Below, piece after piece: positions 25,567 to 37,181 of a DNA stretch of 64,000 nucleotides. The stretch is from the NCBI GenBank assembly GCA_032718475.1, contig JAUCBJ010007486.1, forward strand, positions 1-64,000. Direction: 5' to 3'. Under the pieces are notes generated by a model, which was not told the origin of the DNA, ran no database searches, and saw only the letters and a list, made by a program, of their open reading frames with translations. The stretch's first letter is position 1; every line of letters begins with the position of its first letter. Origin of the DNA: Nemertoderma westbladi (lineage: Eukaryota; Animalia; Xenacoelomorpha). A program made the translations under genes and the position numbers.

Positions 25567-26214
25567 TTACGTTATGGAGTCCCTAGATATTTGTCGGATT
25601 AGGGAAGTGGTCGTAGGAAGAGTATCTTGCCTTCCATAGTTTCCGGACAGTTTTTGGTCTCTTTCCCGTAAACATAAACGACTAGCTGGGCGATTGAGTT
25701 GTTGTGTTACTTTCTCCGCTCCCTTGGCCTGTCTAATCTCCGCCGGGGTAAGATAAGGAGGCCATTCTTCTTCTTCTTTACTTAAGAAGTCGGATCCACC
25801 TAACCAACCTGGAGTATCTATCAGTTCTTGAGGAGTTGCTCCTCTGGAAGCGATGTCGGCTGGATTAATCGTCCCAAGGCAATGTCTCCATTGATCTACA
25901 TTGGAGTTAATATCGTCATTATCTGAGGAGTATGGTGTTCCCTCAGTTGGATCGTCCACATCACTGCTCTCCACTTCCCATTCCTTTACTTGGTATACCG
26001 GTTGTTGAGGTAATCTCTCTTTGAGAGTTCTACGGGAAGGGCCAGTGAAGTACCAACCTACTCTAGTTCTTACCGCATAGGTTTGCAGTGGCTGCGGTTG
26101 AGCAGGCCGTTTCTCCAATGTCTCGAGCGCCTCATGCGCGTTTTGGCCGATGAGTATTTGCACTCCAGGATAATCTGTCTGGAATCGAGGTATCTTAAGA
26201 TCAACCTCAATCAA
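25567..26214 (-). pseudogene. Element B pol remnant (post-protease segment joined to RNase H tail)
   Basis: QILIGQN...AVRTRVGWYFTGP then directly QWRHCLGTINPADIASRG...WLGGSDFL.K..EEWP; no RT between them. Confidence 0.8.
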
Positions 26215-26235
26215 TCCTCAAACCTCAAACCAATC

Positions 26236-29200
26236 TCAAACCTGTATAATTCCTGACATATTCAATTTAGTCCGGAATTTGGGTTGTCCAGCAAAAATAT
26301 CTTCGGCTAGTTCTTGATCGATGAATGTTCCTGTGCTGCCGGAGTCAAGGAGGGCATTCACTATGTAACTTTTGTTGGGACCGTGAACTCTTACCTGCAC
26401 TACAGGAAATTCTCTGATTCCTACGTTGGAAGTTGGAGCTTTCCAAGATGGTTGTTTGGCAAAAGTAGTTGGGGGAAACTCATTGTTGGTGTCCTTTTCA
26501 TAAGTAAGTGCTCGATACACTGAGGTATTTATTAGGTAACAGGATTCGATGGCGTCGGAGAATTCGTCAGTATAGAATCCTTCCATCTCAGACTCTTGAT
26601 CAGTGTCATTTACATCACTGAATTGGACATGTAGTTCGGGCTCACTTACCTGACTCGGGTTGTTTCGTTCGAACTCACTGTGTAACAAGATGTGATGTTT
26701 CGCGCCACACTTTGCACACTTTACGTCGGAGTAACAGGTTCGCCGTTGGTGTCCTGATCTGAGGCAATTATAGCATAACCGCTTATTCCATAGGACTGTA
26801 CGTCTGTCTACAAGGGATTTCTTTAGAAATTCAGCACACGCACTCAAACGGTGGGGCCCGTCGCACAGCGCACATTTTGGTTTGATATTACTCACCTTAC
26901 CTTGGGTAACGTTATGCACTCTCGTTCTTTCTTCGGGCTTTCTTCCGTGAATTCTCTTAGGAGACGTAGGAGGGGTTGTTGTTACCTGTTCTCTCCTGTC
27001 ACTGATTCGAGACTTGTATTTACTTACGTCTTTATAGGTCTTATTGTCATAGTAAGATTTTACTGTGTCTTTCCCGCTGTCCTCTTCTTGAGAAGCTTGG
27101 CTTTCGCCGTCGTCAGTATAACACACTGGTATTATCCTTCTCCTAGAAACGGGTTTCTCACTTACCTTATTTTCCAATGTTTTCTCTCTGGACTGCTTTA
27201 TGAGTTGTAATTTTACTTCATTATCTAAGAAGGACGTGAGATCAGCCATGGTAGGGCTTCGTCGTTGCTGCTCATTCATATACAACACTTTCTTGTCCCA
27301 GCGTGTACATACTCCACCCTTTGGTAAAGTAGAGACTACGGCTCCAATAACCATGGAACTCTGATATTCATGAGACTTACCTAACCAGTCCAATTGTCTA
27401 CAGATTTCCTGAATTTCATCGGAAAACTCTATAATCCCGCTACTAAGGAAGTGTCGAGGGGCCACTAATTTTGCATACAAATATTTAGCTATATTGTCCT
27501 TGTTACCATACCTGATGTTTAATGTATCCCAAACTTGTCTTAATCCTTCTGGATGTCCAATAAACTTTAACGCCATTAACTTGGGAGGTCCTTCCAAGCA
27601 TTTGATGAGGAACCTAAGTTTCTCTCCGTTAGATAGCACAGAGTGCTGTATGCTGTCTTTGTAATATTCATTGAAGGGTAACCATTTCATCTCATCTCCA
27701 TTGAATTTGACGATCTCTCCCACTTTGACCGCTTGGCGGGCTTCTGTTCTAGCCATCTGACGCGTAAAGCTCTCTTGGGCCATCGTGTTATTTAATATCG
27801 AATTATCGGTATATAAATTTCTCGGATCATTATCAGGTCTATAAGGAATATCATTAATAACAGGTCTATAATCACCCTTAATAGGGTTTGCTATAGGGGT
27901 TTCTACTTCACTAGCAGTATAGATGCGTGTAGGCTCCACACCTTGCGCATGTAATACTTCAGACCTAACAGGTTGACACAATGTTACAGGGGGTATTGGT
28001 ATGCCCTTTTGTATATTGACTAATTTGTCGCGTTCCAGCGCGATACTTTGCTGCACTTCTTGCAACTCTGCCCTACTTTCCCTTACTGTTCCCTTAAGCT
28101 GGTGGACAGTCTCCTGCATCTGTCCGAGCAGGAGGTTCATTCCCCGCCGTCCCTCCTCTACCCACTCAACCGCCGAAGCGGGAGTCGCCAACATTGTAGC
28201 GGGTTGACGCGGGACGATGGGAGACAAATCTTTGATTCCTCTCTCAATGCTCAGGACAGGGGTATTTGCATGGACTGTTCCACCGGGTACAGGCAGTGTA
28301 GTACTGTGTAAAGGGAATTTAGAGTTAAGCTCTGGAAGTGCAGGGGTCTCTAGCACAGGAGTGACTTTGGGAACGACAGGCCTAATTATTTCAGGCTCAT
28401 CGACTATAGTAGGGAGTCTTTTGACCTGAAGAAATTGTTCTATGGGTTCTACACTACCTAAGTCTGTGCTAGTTAGTTGTCTTTTAACAGCTGGGGGCAA
28501 ATCAGGCAATTTGTGACGGTAAGATGTTTTTCTACGCCTGCTTAGACGAGATCTATTTCCTCCGCCTTCAGGATCGGTGGTTTCGCTTTCCTCCGATGAA
28601 GTATAGCCCTGGCGTTTGGGAGTAGATTTTCTCATCATCTGCATGTGACTAGCAGTTAACTTTTTATTTATGTTGTCTTGCGTCTCTTGCAGCTTCTCCA
28701 ACTCCAGTTGGGTAGTCTGCTCAGACGCTCTTCGTTCTGCTTCTGCTACTGCCTTTTTCGCCCTTGCTTCTGCTTCTGCCATGGCCGCCTTTGCTTCTGC
28801 CGCCGCTGCCTTTCTTTGTGCTTCTGCTTCTGCCATGGCCGCCTTTGCTTCTGCCGCCGCTGCCTTTCTTTGTATTTCTGCTTCTGCCATGGCCGCCTTT
28901 CTTTGTATTTCTGCTTCTGCCCTTGCCGCTGCCTCCTTTCTTTCTGCTTCGGCTTCTGCCATGGCCGCCACCCTTTGTTCCTCTATCCGTCTTTTCTTTA
29001 CTTGTTCTTCTTGGACTCTAACGAGTCGGAGTTTCTCATCAAACTCAGCTTGGTTAGCAGCTAACATTTCAGCATCGATTGCGTCCAACACAAGCTTGGT
29101 TCCTTCACTATTAGGGCGAAGTCCAGACAGTCGTCTCCTCAACTCTTCGTCTCCTATGAATCGCTGATAGTCTGACAGATAGATGTCAATGGCGTCTCTA

Positions 29201-29748
29201 GTTCGCGGCTTCTCTGCTGCTGTTAATTCGCTTTCCACTTCGCTTTCCACCTCGCTTTCCACTTCGCTTTCCACCTCACTTTCCACTTCGCTTTCCACCT
29301 CACTTTCCACTTCGCTTTCCACCTCACTTTCCACTTGAGAAGAAGTGGCGTCGGTTGATTCTTCATAGGTTGGCCGCTCATCATAAACCGTATCCGCCAT
29401 CTTCGCTCCGCGTTCGGGCGTCCGCTCAACAGTATCCGAACTACTGGAGCTATCGGGCCGCTGAGAACTAGGTTCTTGGCTAGGAGGTTGCTGCTGTTTT
29501 ATAGCTTCTTCTTGATCCCGCTTGACTTGGGCCCGAGTGCCTATGGCAGACCAACGGCGCTTCACTAACTTCGCAAATTGCGAAATCTTTTCTACCAACC
29601 TAGGTTCTGACACAACCACTGCAGGGGTTGCCCTTCTTACCGTATGAGGGGTTTCAGACCTTGGTCTGGGATTCTCTACACTTTGATCTGAGAAACAGGC
29701 TGTTGTTTCTAGGAGACTATCTGACAGAGTTTGCCTTGTGTCAGCCAT
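26236..29748 (-). CDS. Element B Gag-protease polyprotein (1170 aa)
   Basis: Coiled-coil N-terminus, capsid-like KFNGDEMKWLPF...EKLRFLIKCLEG, BEL triple knuckle (CALCDGPH..C / CYNCLRSGH...C / CAKCGAKHHILLH), protease ALLDSGS. Confidence 0.9.
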   Translation of the reverse strand: MADTRQTLSDSLLETTACFSDQSVENPRPRSETPHTVRRATPAVVVSEPRLVEKISQFAKLVKRRWSAIGTRAQVKRDQEEAIKQQQPPSQEPSSQRPDSSSSSDTVERTPERGAKMADTVYDERPTYEESTDATSSQVESEVESEVESEVESEVESEVESEVESEVESEVESELTAAEKPRTRDAIDIYLSDYQRFIGDEELRRRLSGLRPNSEGTKLVLDAIDAEMLAANQAEFDEKLRLVRVQEEQVKKRRIEEQRVAAMAEAEAERKEAAARAEAEIQRKAAMAEAEIQRKAAAAEAKAAMAEAEAQRKAAAAEAKAAMAEAEARAKKAVAEAERRASEQTTQLELEKLQETQDNINKKLTASHMQMMRKSTPKRQGYTSSEESETTDPEGGGNRSRLSRRRKTSYRHKLPDLPPAVKRQLTSTDLGSVEPIEQFLQVKRLPTIVDEPEIIRPVVPKVTPVLETPALPELNSKFPLHSTTLPVPGGTVHANTPVLSIERGIKDLSPIVPRQPATMLATPASAVEWVEEGRRGMNLLLGQMQETVHQLKGTVRESRAELQEVQQSIALERDKLVNIQKGIPIPPVTLCQPVRSEVLHAQGVEPTRIYTASEVETPIANPIKGDYRPVINDIPYRPDNDPRNLYTDNSILNNTMAQESFTRQMARTEARQAVKVGEIVKFNGDEMKWLPFNEYYKDSIQHSVLSNGEKLRFLIKCLEGPPKLMALKFIGHPEGLRQVWDTLNIRYGNKDNIAKYLYAKLVAPRHFLSSGIIEFSDEIQEICRQLDWLGKSHEYQSSMVIGAVVSTLPKGGVCTRWDKKVLYMNEQQRRSPTMADLTSFLDNEVKLQLIKQSREKTLENKVSEKPVSRRRIIPVCYTDDGESQASQEEDSGKDTVKSYYDNKTYKDVSKYKSRISDRREQVTTTPPTSPKRIHGRKPEERTRVHNVTQGKVSNIKPKCALCDGPHRLSACAEFLKKSLVDRRTVLWNKRLCYNCLRSGHQRRTCYSDVKCAKCGAKHHILLHSEFERNNPSQVSEPELHVQFSDVNDTDQESEMEGFYTDEFSDAIESCYLINTSVYRALTYEKDTNNEFPPTTFAKQPSWKAPTSNVGIREFPVVQVRVHGPNKSYIVNALLDSGSTGTFIDQELAEDIFAGQPKFRTKLNMSGIIQV

Positions 29749-31019
29749 GTTTGATTGTACAGTCGAATGCCTACTGCTATATTACAGTTAAAGCAAGTCT
29801 AGTAATTCAGTATCACTGTTAGCCTAATAATTAATTACCGATACTGCTACTCAGTGTAGCGTGATATATATATAATATATTAGAATACCGGTATGCTTAT
29901 AATATATATATAAGTATTATTACAGACTAGATTTGTCACAGAGTACCGGTATATAATTTTAGCACAAATATATATAAATATATAATAGGCCTATCGTGAA
30001 TACCGGTATGCAGCTTACACTTATAGTATATAAGTATAATTCTGGACTAGAATTAATTACAGAATACCAGTATGATTTCAGCACAAATCCATAGAAATAA
30101 ATATAATAAGCCTATGGTAAATACCGGTATGTCAATTATTTTAGAATAATTGATTTTCTGAATATTTTAGTGTTACTTGGTTACTTTAACTTACTTTGTT
30201 ACCGTTATTTAAGCAGTAGTCCAACTGATATTGAGACCTAGTTGTTGTATGGTAGGCCTACTATTTATAAATCGTTTGAGTTGATTTATAATAGATATAT
30301 ACCCATTTAAAAGGGGTTTTGTCAAGATTTGAAATAAATGTTATTATTTCTGGGGGAGTCACTACACAGAAGCTGTGCGCTCTCAGTGAAGTGCTACCTA
30401 TGGGACACTAAAACAGATAATTCTAATTTACCTAAGTTACTTAATACTACAAATTACTTACGATACGGGTGAGATTAAATCTCTAATTTAACACAACAAA
30501 AATATTACGTACGAAATTTTTAGGGTAATTTTACAGGAAGTCTACAAACCAGCCTAACAAAGGGTTAGAATTCTGGTTATTACAACGGACGGGGTACTAC
30601 GGTATTTGAAAATAATAAGTAGTAGTAAATATATTGCGTTGTCCAGATAGGAAAATACCACCGCCTGACGACCTATAACCGTATCGCTATAGGTACTACG
30701 TTATGTATCACGGAGTGTTCCTACCCAGAAGTTAATAGAGCTAACGAATGTGCCTATCAACCACTTTACAACACAAATATACTGCCTACACACTAATTAC
30801 TTCGGAAAGCACTGTACACTAAACCCTAAATTAGGTACAAGTACTGGTACAACAAATAATCAGTAGTTAAATATACTTGAACAGTTAAAAGAACCACGGC
30901 ATCTGCTGGAGTGACCGAAGCACAAAGTCACCAGTCTTTACCTACGCCAAGCAGCCCGTGTAGTACCGGGGTTAATTTAACTATAACGGTATGTGTAACA
31001 AACACAATTACTGTAGGAA

Positions 31020-31600
31020 TAAACTTGGGGACATGAATGTTGCGAATAATCGCATAAACTCTGAATAATAAATATTACGCTACCCGTACAGAATACCCAA
31101 ACAAATACAAACCAAAATGCTGGCAGACTACCACCAAGCCTAAATAAACTACTGTATGTGCAGATTCCAAAACGGTTAGTTAGTATGCGTTCTAACACGG
31201 TAGTACGACTTATTCTTTAAGAGGGGATTGACCTTACAGTTATGACTGCCCCAACTTACTAACTGGCACTTTATCAGACAAACTCTACACAAGCAGCAAT
31301 CTCTTCAGACCTAGTAATAGCTAGACAACAATCCAGCCTACAAAATATCTGAGTAATAACTATTACGGTACCTGGACAGACTACACAAACAAACACAGGC
31401 CTAAACGCTGGCAGAATACTGTCAAGCCTAAATAAACTACAGTATGTGCAGATTCCAAAATCGTTAGTTAGTATGCGTTCTAACACGGTAGTACGACTTA
31501 TTCTTTAAGAGGGGGTTGACCTTACACTCAAGTTGCCCCAACTTACTAACTGGCACTCTATCGGACAAACTCCACACACGCCGTAATCTCTCCAAACCCA
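31020..31600. repeat. ~290-bp tandem duplication in the element B leader (with shorter repeats at ~29840-30130 and ~31810-31935)
   Basis: GCCTAAATAAACTAC...GTAGTACGACTTATTCTTTAAGAGGGG...AACTGGCACT occurs at ~31138 and ~31426. Confidence 0.8.
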
Positions 31601-31990
31601 ACAACAATCCGACAACAGTCTGGCCTACAGTTATCTGAACAATCTGAGCAGACTTACACGTCTTCAGCTCAATATTAACTTACTAGGAAATAAAACCGAC
31701 AGAAATAGGTAAAATCTCAATAAAAACCAGGGCTGCAGTCCCTGATTAAATACTAAGACCTACCGGTATACAATAATCAAAATCGAATAATACTAATGTA
31801 CTTATACTGGAAGTACCGGTTAGGACAGTTGGGCCTACAGGCCTACAGAAGTACCGGTTCTGGCAGTTGGACCTACGGACCTACAGCAGTACCGGTTCTG
31901 GCAGTTGGGCCTACTGACCTACAGAAGTACCGGTTCAGGTTTACCGGTCGATCGGTACTTTCAACTTTATTGCTTACTGCAATAAAGTCA

Positions 31991-32001
31991 ATGACTGTTA
32001 T
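31991..32001 (-). promoter_or_regulatory. PBS-position sequence of element B, complementary to its own LTR
   Basis: Minus-strand ATAACAGTCAT abuts the 5' LTR; its reverse complement lies in the LTR at 32735-32745 and 21901-21911. Confidence 0.7.
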
Positions 32002-33242
32002 TGTACGCGCTTTTGAAGACCTTTAGCAGTTTAACCTGCCAAAATTTATATGTCTTTTGGTTTATAAATCGACTCTTGAAGATGACAATATTTAATACCA
32101 ATAAACACAACATTAGCAGAAGCCAGCCTAGTGCGCGTCCATTCACCCGCTGGATAATCCCGGGAGACTGGATTCTGTCGGCTTAGATTATTATTGCAGT
32201 GAAGCTTACGGTATTGTATTATTCGATTGATCGTTAATAATTAATTTCTGACTAATATTATTCACTTTCGGGAAATATTAACAGTTCCTTTAGGACGTGG
32301 CGCTCTATCTAAGTAAACAGAGATATGACTTATACTAATCACAACGGTAAGTCGGTAAGGCTTATGATTCACGTATGAGGCGCATTCTTTAGGAAATGCT
32401 TAGTTATCAGCCACAATACTGCTCACTAATTTGCCGACCGTCAATGAATTTTATCATATATAAAGAGAATAGCAACGGACTCATGTAGGGCTTATCAAAT
32501 AGCATTAAATTCAATACACACCACAATAATATAAGTCGCAATCGCTATATATATAACCCGCCTCTCTAACCTGTAGTGTATCAAGAAAATTGGGAAATTT
32601 GGGTTCTTTATAAATGTTCTCCAAATAATATTCAATCCACTGATATAAGATATGACAACAGTAAAAACATTAAGACGGTAGGTTAAGATATGATATGAAC
32701 AGATATGTACAGCGATATGCACTGATATGGACCGATAACAGTCATACGCTCTATAATTTAAGCCTACTAATGTTTCTTCTAAAGTATGAAAAGAATTAAC
32801 TCTAGAGCCGGTGTTTCTGGCTTAGACAGCAATAACAACAAAGTATCAGTAAAAACAGTAAGACTGAACACTCTCCTTATAATCGACCGAAAAGCTACAC
32901 GTCGACAGGAAAAATCGCTCTGATTGGCTCAAGCCAAACAAAGAACCATGCGTCCAATGGCTGTTTCCATGTCAGCAACCAGCTGTTAGATGTCGTAATA
33001 TGAATCATCACGGCTAAGCTGTGAAAGGTATTTGGTACATTATAGGTTTTTTGCCTTACCATGTCCGCCAAAACACGTATATAGTAGAATGACTTTTATG
33101 TCCGTTAAAACACCTATAACGGTACCTTGCGGGCGAGGGGAATATTTATACAGTTAGAGAACCTTTTAGAGTATTCCAGCGCCTGGGGGGAAACTGGATT
33201 GCGAAGCAAAGGGGCCAGTTATATCCCACAGAAGCTTTTACA
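32002..33242 (-). repeat. 5' LTR of element B
   Basis: Direct repeat of 21142-22409. Confidence 0.95.
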
Positions 33243-36200
33243 ATCTGGTTTTGGTCCAACTTTCTCAAAGCTCTGGTTATATCGTTCCGTGCACCCACAA
33301 AGTTTGTCCCTTGGTCGCAATAAATGGATTTGACCAATCCACGTCTAGCGATAAATCGCCGTAAGGCTAGGATAAAGGCATTGGTGGTCAAATCTGTCAC
33401 ACGCTCTATATGGACAGCTCTGCTGGCCATGCAAGTGAAGATCAATCCCCAACGTTTTACCTGTACCCTTCCGCGTTTTGCGATTATGGGTCCAAAACAG
33501 TCTATCCCTGTCTCAGTGAAAGGGGGTCTAAATGCCTGTAATCTCGCTAGTGGTAGTTCACTCATTTCTTGGTGTCCTATCCTCGCGTGCACCTTCTTAC
33601 AAATCATACAGTTCCGTGTTACCGAACTCAGTGCCTTACTAGGTCTAATCAGTACAATCCTCGATCGTAAGTGTGATAGACAGTGGTGTCTACCCACGTG
33701 TTTGAGTTGTACATGTGCGTCCAGTATCATAGCGCGCTGTAATTCATGGTGTTGCGGTATGATGATAGGATACCTAAAGTCTAGTGCAAAGTCGATGTTT
33801 TGGAGTCTGGACTTGTGACAAAGTAAGCCCCGGTAAATAATCGGACTCCAACTCAAAATCGGTGAAGACTTAATCTGTTTACCTTGGTTGATCGCTGTGA
33901 ACTCTCGTGTGAAATATCGCAATTGATAATGTCTAATGATATCAACTTCGCAATGACCAATTTCCTTTAAGGTAAGTCTTCTAGGAAAGTCGCGTTTGCC
34001 TCTGGCATATTGTCTCAAACGTTTGAGCCATGCTAACTTGCGGCACGCGTCAGTCCATGATCTAGTTAGGTTTACTATCCGGTCAACGTAAGTGTTAGTG
34101 ACGTCATCAGGTAAGGTATAGTCGTATTGTGGATACTTGTCTGGACTTGGTAGGCCCACGGGCCTTCCGGTGGGTTTGTCTGAGTCCTCAAGTACGTCAA
34201 TCTTTACGGTCTTACCTTTACCGTCCGCTCCTAGTGTGTCGACTGGCAGTAACGGTTTCAACTCTACAGTGTCAGTGTGTTCCTGTGAGCCTGTAAGCTT
34301 CCTAACCTTAGTCACACGTTTACCTGTAGGTGGTAAGTCAAGTACCTTCTTTGAGCGGAGTGTGATTGCTGTGGCCACACCTTTGTCGTCCAAAGAAGTC
34401 AAATCCGGTAAGTCTCTAAATTTCCGCTCCAATGGGTCTTCTAGTGGAGTGTCTAGTAGACAGTCTGGTGAAGCGTCCGGTGAACAGTCTGGTGAGACGT
34501 CTGGTGAGACATAGCGCGGAACTTCCAGCGAAATGTCCTGTCGTCGGTCCCAAGGTCTGTCTGGCGTAACTTCTATCAGAAAGTCTGGTCCAAAGTCTGG
34601 TCTAAAGTCTGGTGGACAGTCTGTCGAGATGTCTGGTGGAAAGTCTGGTGAGACGTCTGGTAGACATTCTGTCGAGAGTTCCATCAAACAATCTGGCGAA
34701 CAATCCGGAGAACAATCTGGTGTCACTTCTGGTGAATAATCTGGCGAGTAATCTGGTGAACAATCCGGCGAAATGTCTGGTGAAATCTCCCGCGGAACAT
34801 CCGGTGAAAGATTCGTACAAGCGTCTGGTCGAGTGTCTGGTGAGATGTCTGGCGTAATGTCAGGTCTGGCGTCCAGGTCATCAGATTTCATCCGTCCTTG
34901 TTTCCTCTTGACCTTGGCGTTGGCTTTCGCTTTGGACTTGACAACCTTGTCGATTTTTATCTCGGCACCCTCTGGTATGGTGTTGGTTGTCGCGTCGAAT
35001 AACAGTGGCTATTCATCTGATGGTCGCTGTAGGAAATCGGGTCCTCTAAACCAAAAGGATTTATTGTCCGGTTTACAAAAGACAAGCGGTTGCATCCCCC
35101 GTGACGCGATGTCAGCTGGGTTCAGCTTCCCTGGACCGTGACGCCAATCTTGTTTGAGCGACCGGTCTAATATTTCAGCCCGTCTGTTGGCTACGAAAGT
35201 CTTGAACTCAAATGCTTCGTTGTTTATGTACCAAAGTACCAACGTCGCATCCGTCCAATATGTGACCTTCAAGTTAGCCTCCAGCTCGCGTTGAACTAGA
35301 CTGACAATATCAGTGGATATCGTCCCGGCTTGCAGCTCCCCACGAGGTACAGTCATATACTTCAACGGCATTGTTCTAGCCCTAGAAGTAACGAGAGACA
35401 CATCGTAGCTGTCCGATGTCACTTGTCGTCTAAGGTACAAAGTAACCCCCAATCCATCCTTGCTAGCGTCACTAAAGCTGTGAAGCTCTAAATCGGCTGG
35501 AAAGGTGGTTTGCAAAGGAAAGTATACCCTCGGTATGGTATAGTCTTGTAGGAACATCAGTTGGGCTTCCCAGTCCCTCCATCGCTCAGCTAACTTTTCT
35601 GGGATGGGATCGTCCCATTCCAGTCCGGCTTGCCAAATGCTGCGGAGTATGATCCTAGCATGTAGGATCACTGGACTAATGAAACACAATGGGTCATACA
35701 ATCGACTCATGGTCGATAAGCAAGTCCTCTTAGTGAGAGGTCTAGTCTGGTCGTTGGACCTTACACGTACCCTAAAATTGTCGGTGTTAGGGTCCCAACT
35801 AAGTCCTAATACTTTGGTCGTCGGCAGAGGTTCTAGGTCTAAGTCTAAATCACCTCCACTGCGATCCGTCGGGTCAAATGAGTTCACCAGTTCGGGTTCG
35901 TTGGAAGCGAACTTCGTCAGGTGGAATCCGCCCTCAGCGAGACAATCCTGGAGTTGGTGTGCTACGGTTGTAGCGCGCTCCAAGGTGTCACAACTCTTGA
36001 GGCCGTCATCCACGTAGAAATCTCGTTCCACTGTCCGAACTACTTCTGGATCAAATTGGTCTCGTCTGTCCAATGCGGTCTGCTTTAAGGCGTACATGGT
36101 GCAGTTGGGGCTGTCCCTGGCTCCAAATACTCTTACCTGCATTTGGTAAGTTTCTGGCGGAAGTTCTAAGTTTCCGTCCGGATACCAAAGAAACCTCAAG

Positions 36201-37180
36201 CTGTCCCTGTCCCGCTCCAAAGCCTTAACCTGGTGAAACATGGCCTCTACGTCACAGGTGAAAGCCACTTTGCGTTGTCTAAAACGCATTAGGACTCCCA
36301 TGAGGTAATTGTTCATATTCGGCCCGTCCATCAGTTCGCTGTTCATAGACATCCCTTGGTAAAGCGCAGCGCAGTCGTTGACTACACGCACCTTGCCAGG
36401 TTTGTCCGGGTGTCGAACAAAATGATGTGGCAGGTAATATGTCTGGTCTGTGGTTACCTCGGGATTTAACATCCTAATGGCGTATCCCTTTTGGAGATAC
36501 GTCTGAAGTTGTGCATTGTATTGCATATGGGCCGTCTCGTCTCGCAACAATCACTGCCTTATTGATTTGAGTCGCCTCAAAGCAAGCGGGTAATTGTTAA
36601 CGAGTTTAGGTTGTCCATTGCGCCACAACATACCAACCTCATAGTGGCCATTCGCGGTCTGGCGAATGGTATCTCTCATAATATTTAATGACCGTTTTTC
36701 CTGTTCTGACATAGCGGTCTCGTAACTACCGGGTTCTGCTGAGTCCTGTTCCAACCATTGAATGGTCCGTTCAGTCAGCAGTCGGTCTAGCGCTGCTTGC
36801 ACTGCGCCCTGGTCCTCGTCCACGTCTTCGTCCGCTGCGGTGGCTAGTGTCAATGCGTCTGGTAGGCTCGCAAGCCTTCCGGTGTCACTAGTCGGCGTCG
36901 AATCGTCGTGCGGCGGTTTGACAACTTCTTGATCTATCGGTAGGCTCGCAAGCCTTCCAAGATCAACGACCGGTGTCGAAGCCTGGTGGGTGGGGTCAAT
37001 GACCTTTGGATTTTTCGGTAGGCTCGCAAGCCTTCCAAAATCCTCGTTCATCGAGTCATCCACAGCAACAACCCTTTGGTCTTCGGTAGTCAATACAACC
37101 TGGTTTACTGCAAGTAGTTGTAAGTCAGAGGTCCGTGTGGTCGTGTCCAGATCAGTTACGTCAGTATCGGTGGCGTCTGC
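33243..37180 (-). pseudogene. Element A pol: RT, RNase H and integrase N-terminus/core, with stops
   Basis: YYLPHH...KVRVVNDCAA...CDVEAMFHQV...FGARDSP...FYVDD; HSFSDAS...VPRGELQA...WTDA...NPADIASRG; H-H-C-C (DAHVQLKH...CMICK), TGIDCFGP, IYCDQGTNFVGA. Confidence 0.95.
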
Positions 37181-37181
37181 G

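Larger units (their letters stand above)
21142..33242 (-). mobile_element. BEL/Pao LTR retrotransposon B, non-autonomous (gag-PR intact, RT and IN missing)
   Basis: LTRs 21142-22409 and 32002-33242 (TG...CA, few substitutions plus one 26-bp indel); TSD ATCTG at 21137-21141 and 33243-33247. Confidence 0.95.

Noticed and set aside
28670-29167. Ala/Ser-, Cys/Phe- and Leu/Pro-rich plus-strand ORFs (also 40242-40858)
   Set aside because: Antisense frames of the repetitive coiled-coil regions of the gag genes.
36861-37036. Three identical 20-nt palindromic repeats with 58-nt spacers, resembling a CRISPR array
   Set aside because: The spacers are homologous to each other, the array is in frame inside a eukaryotic pol gene, and there are no cas genes; treated as part of the dispersed motif finding.
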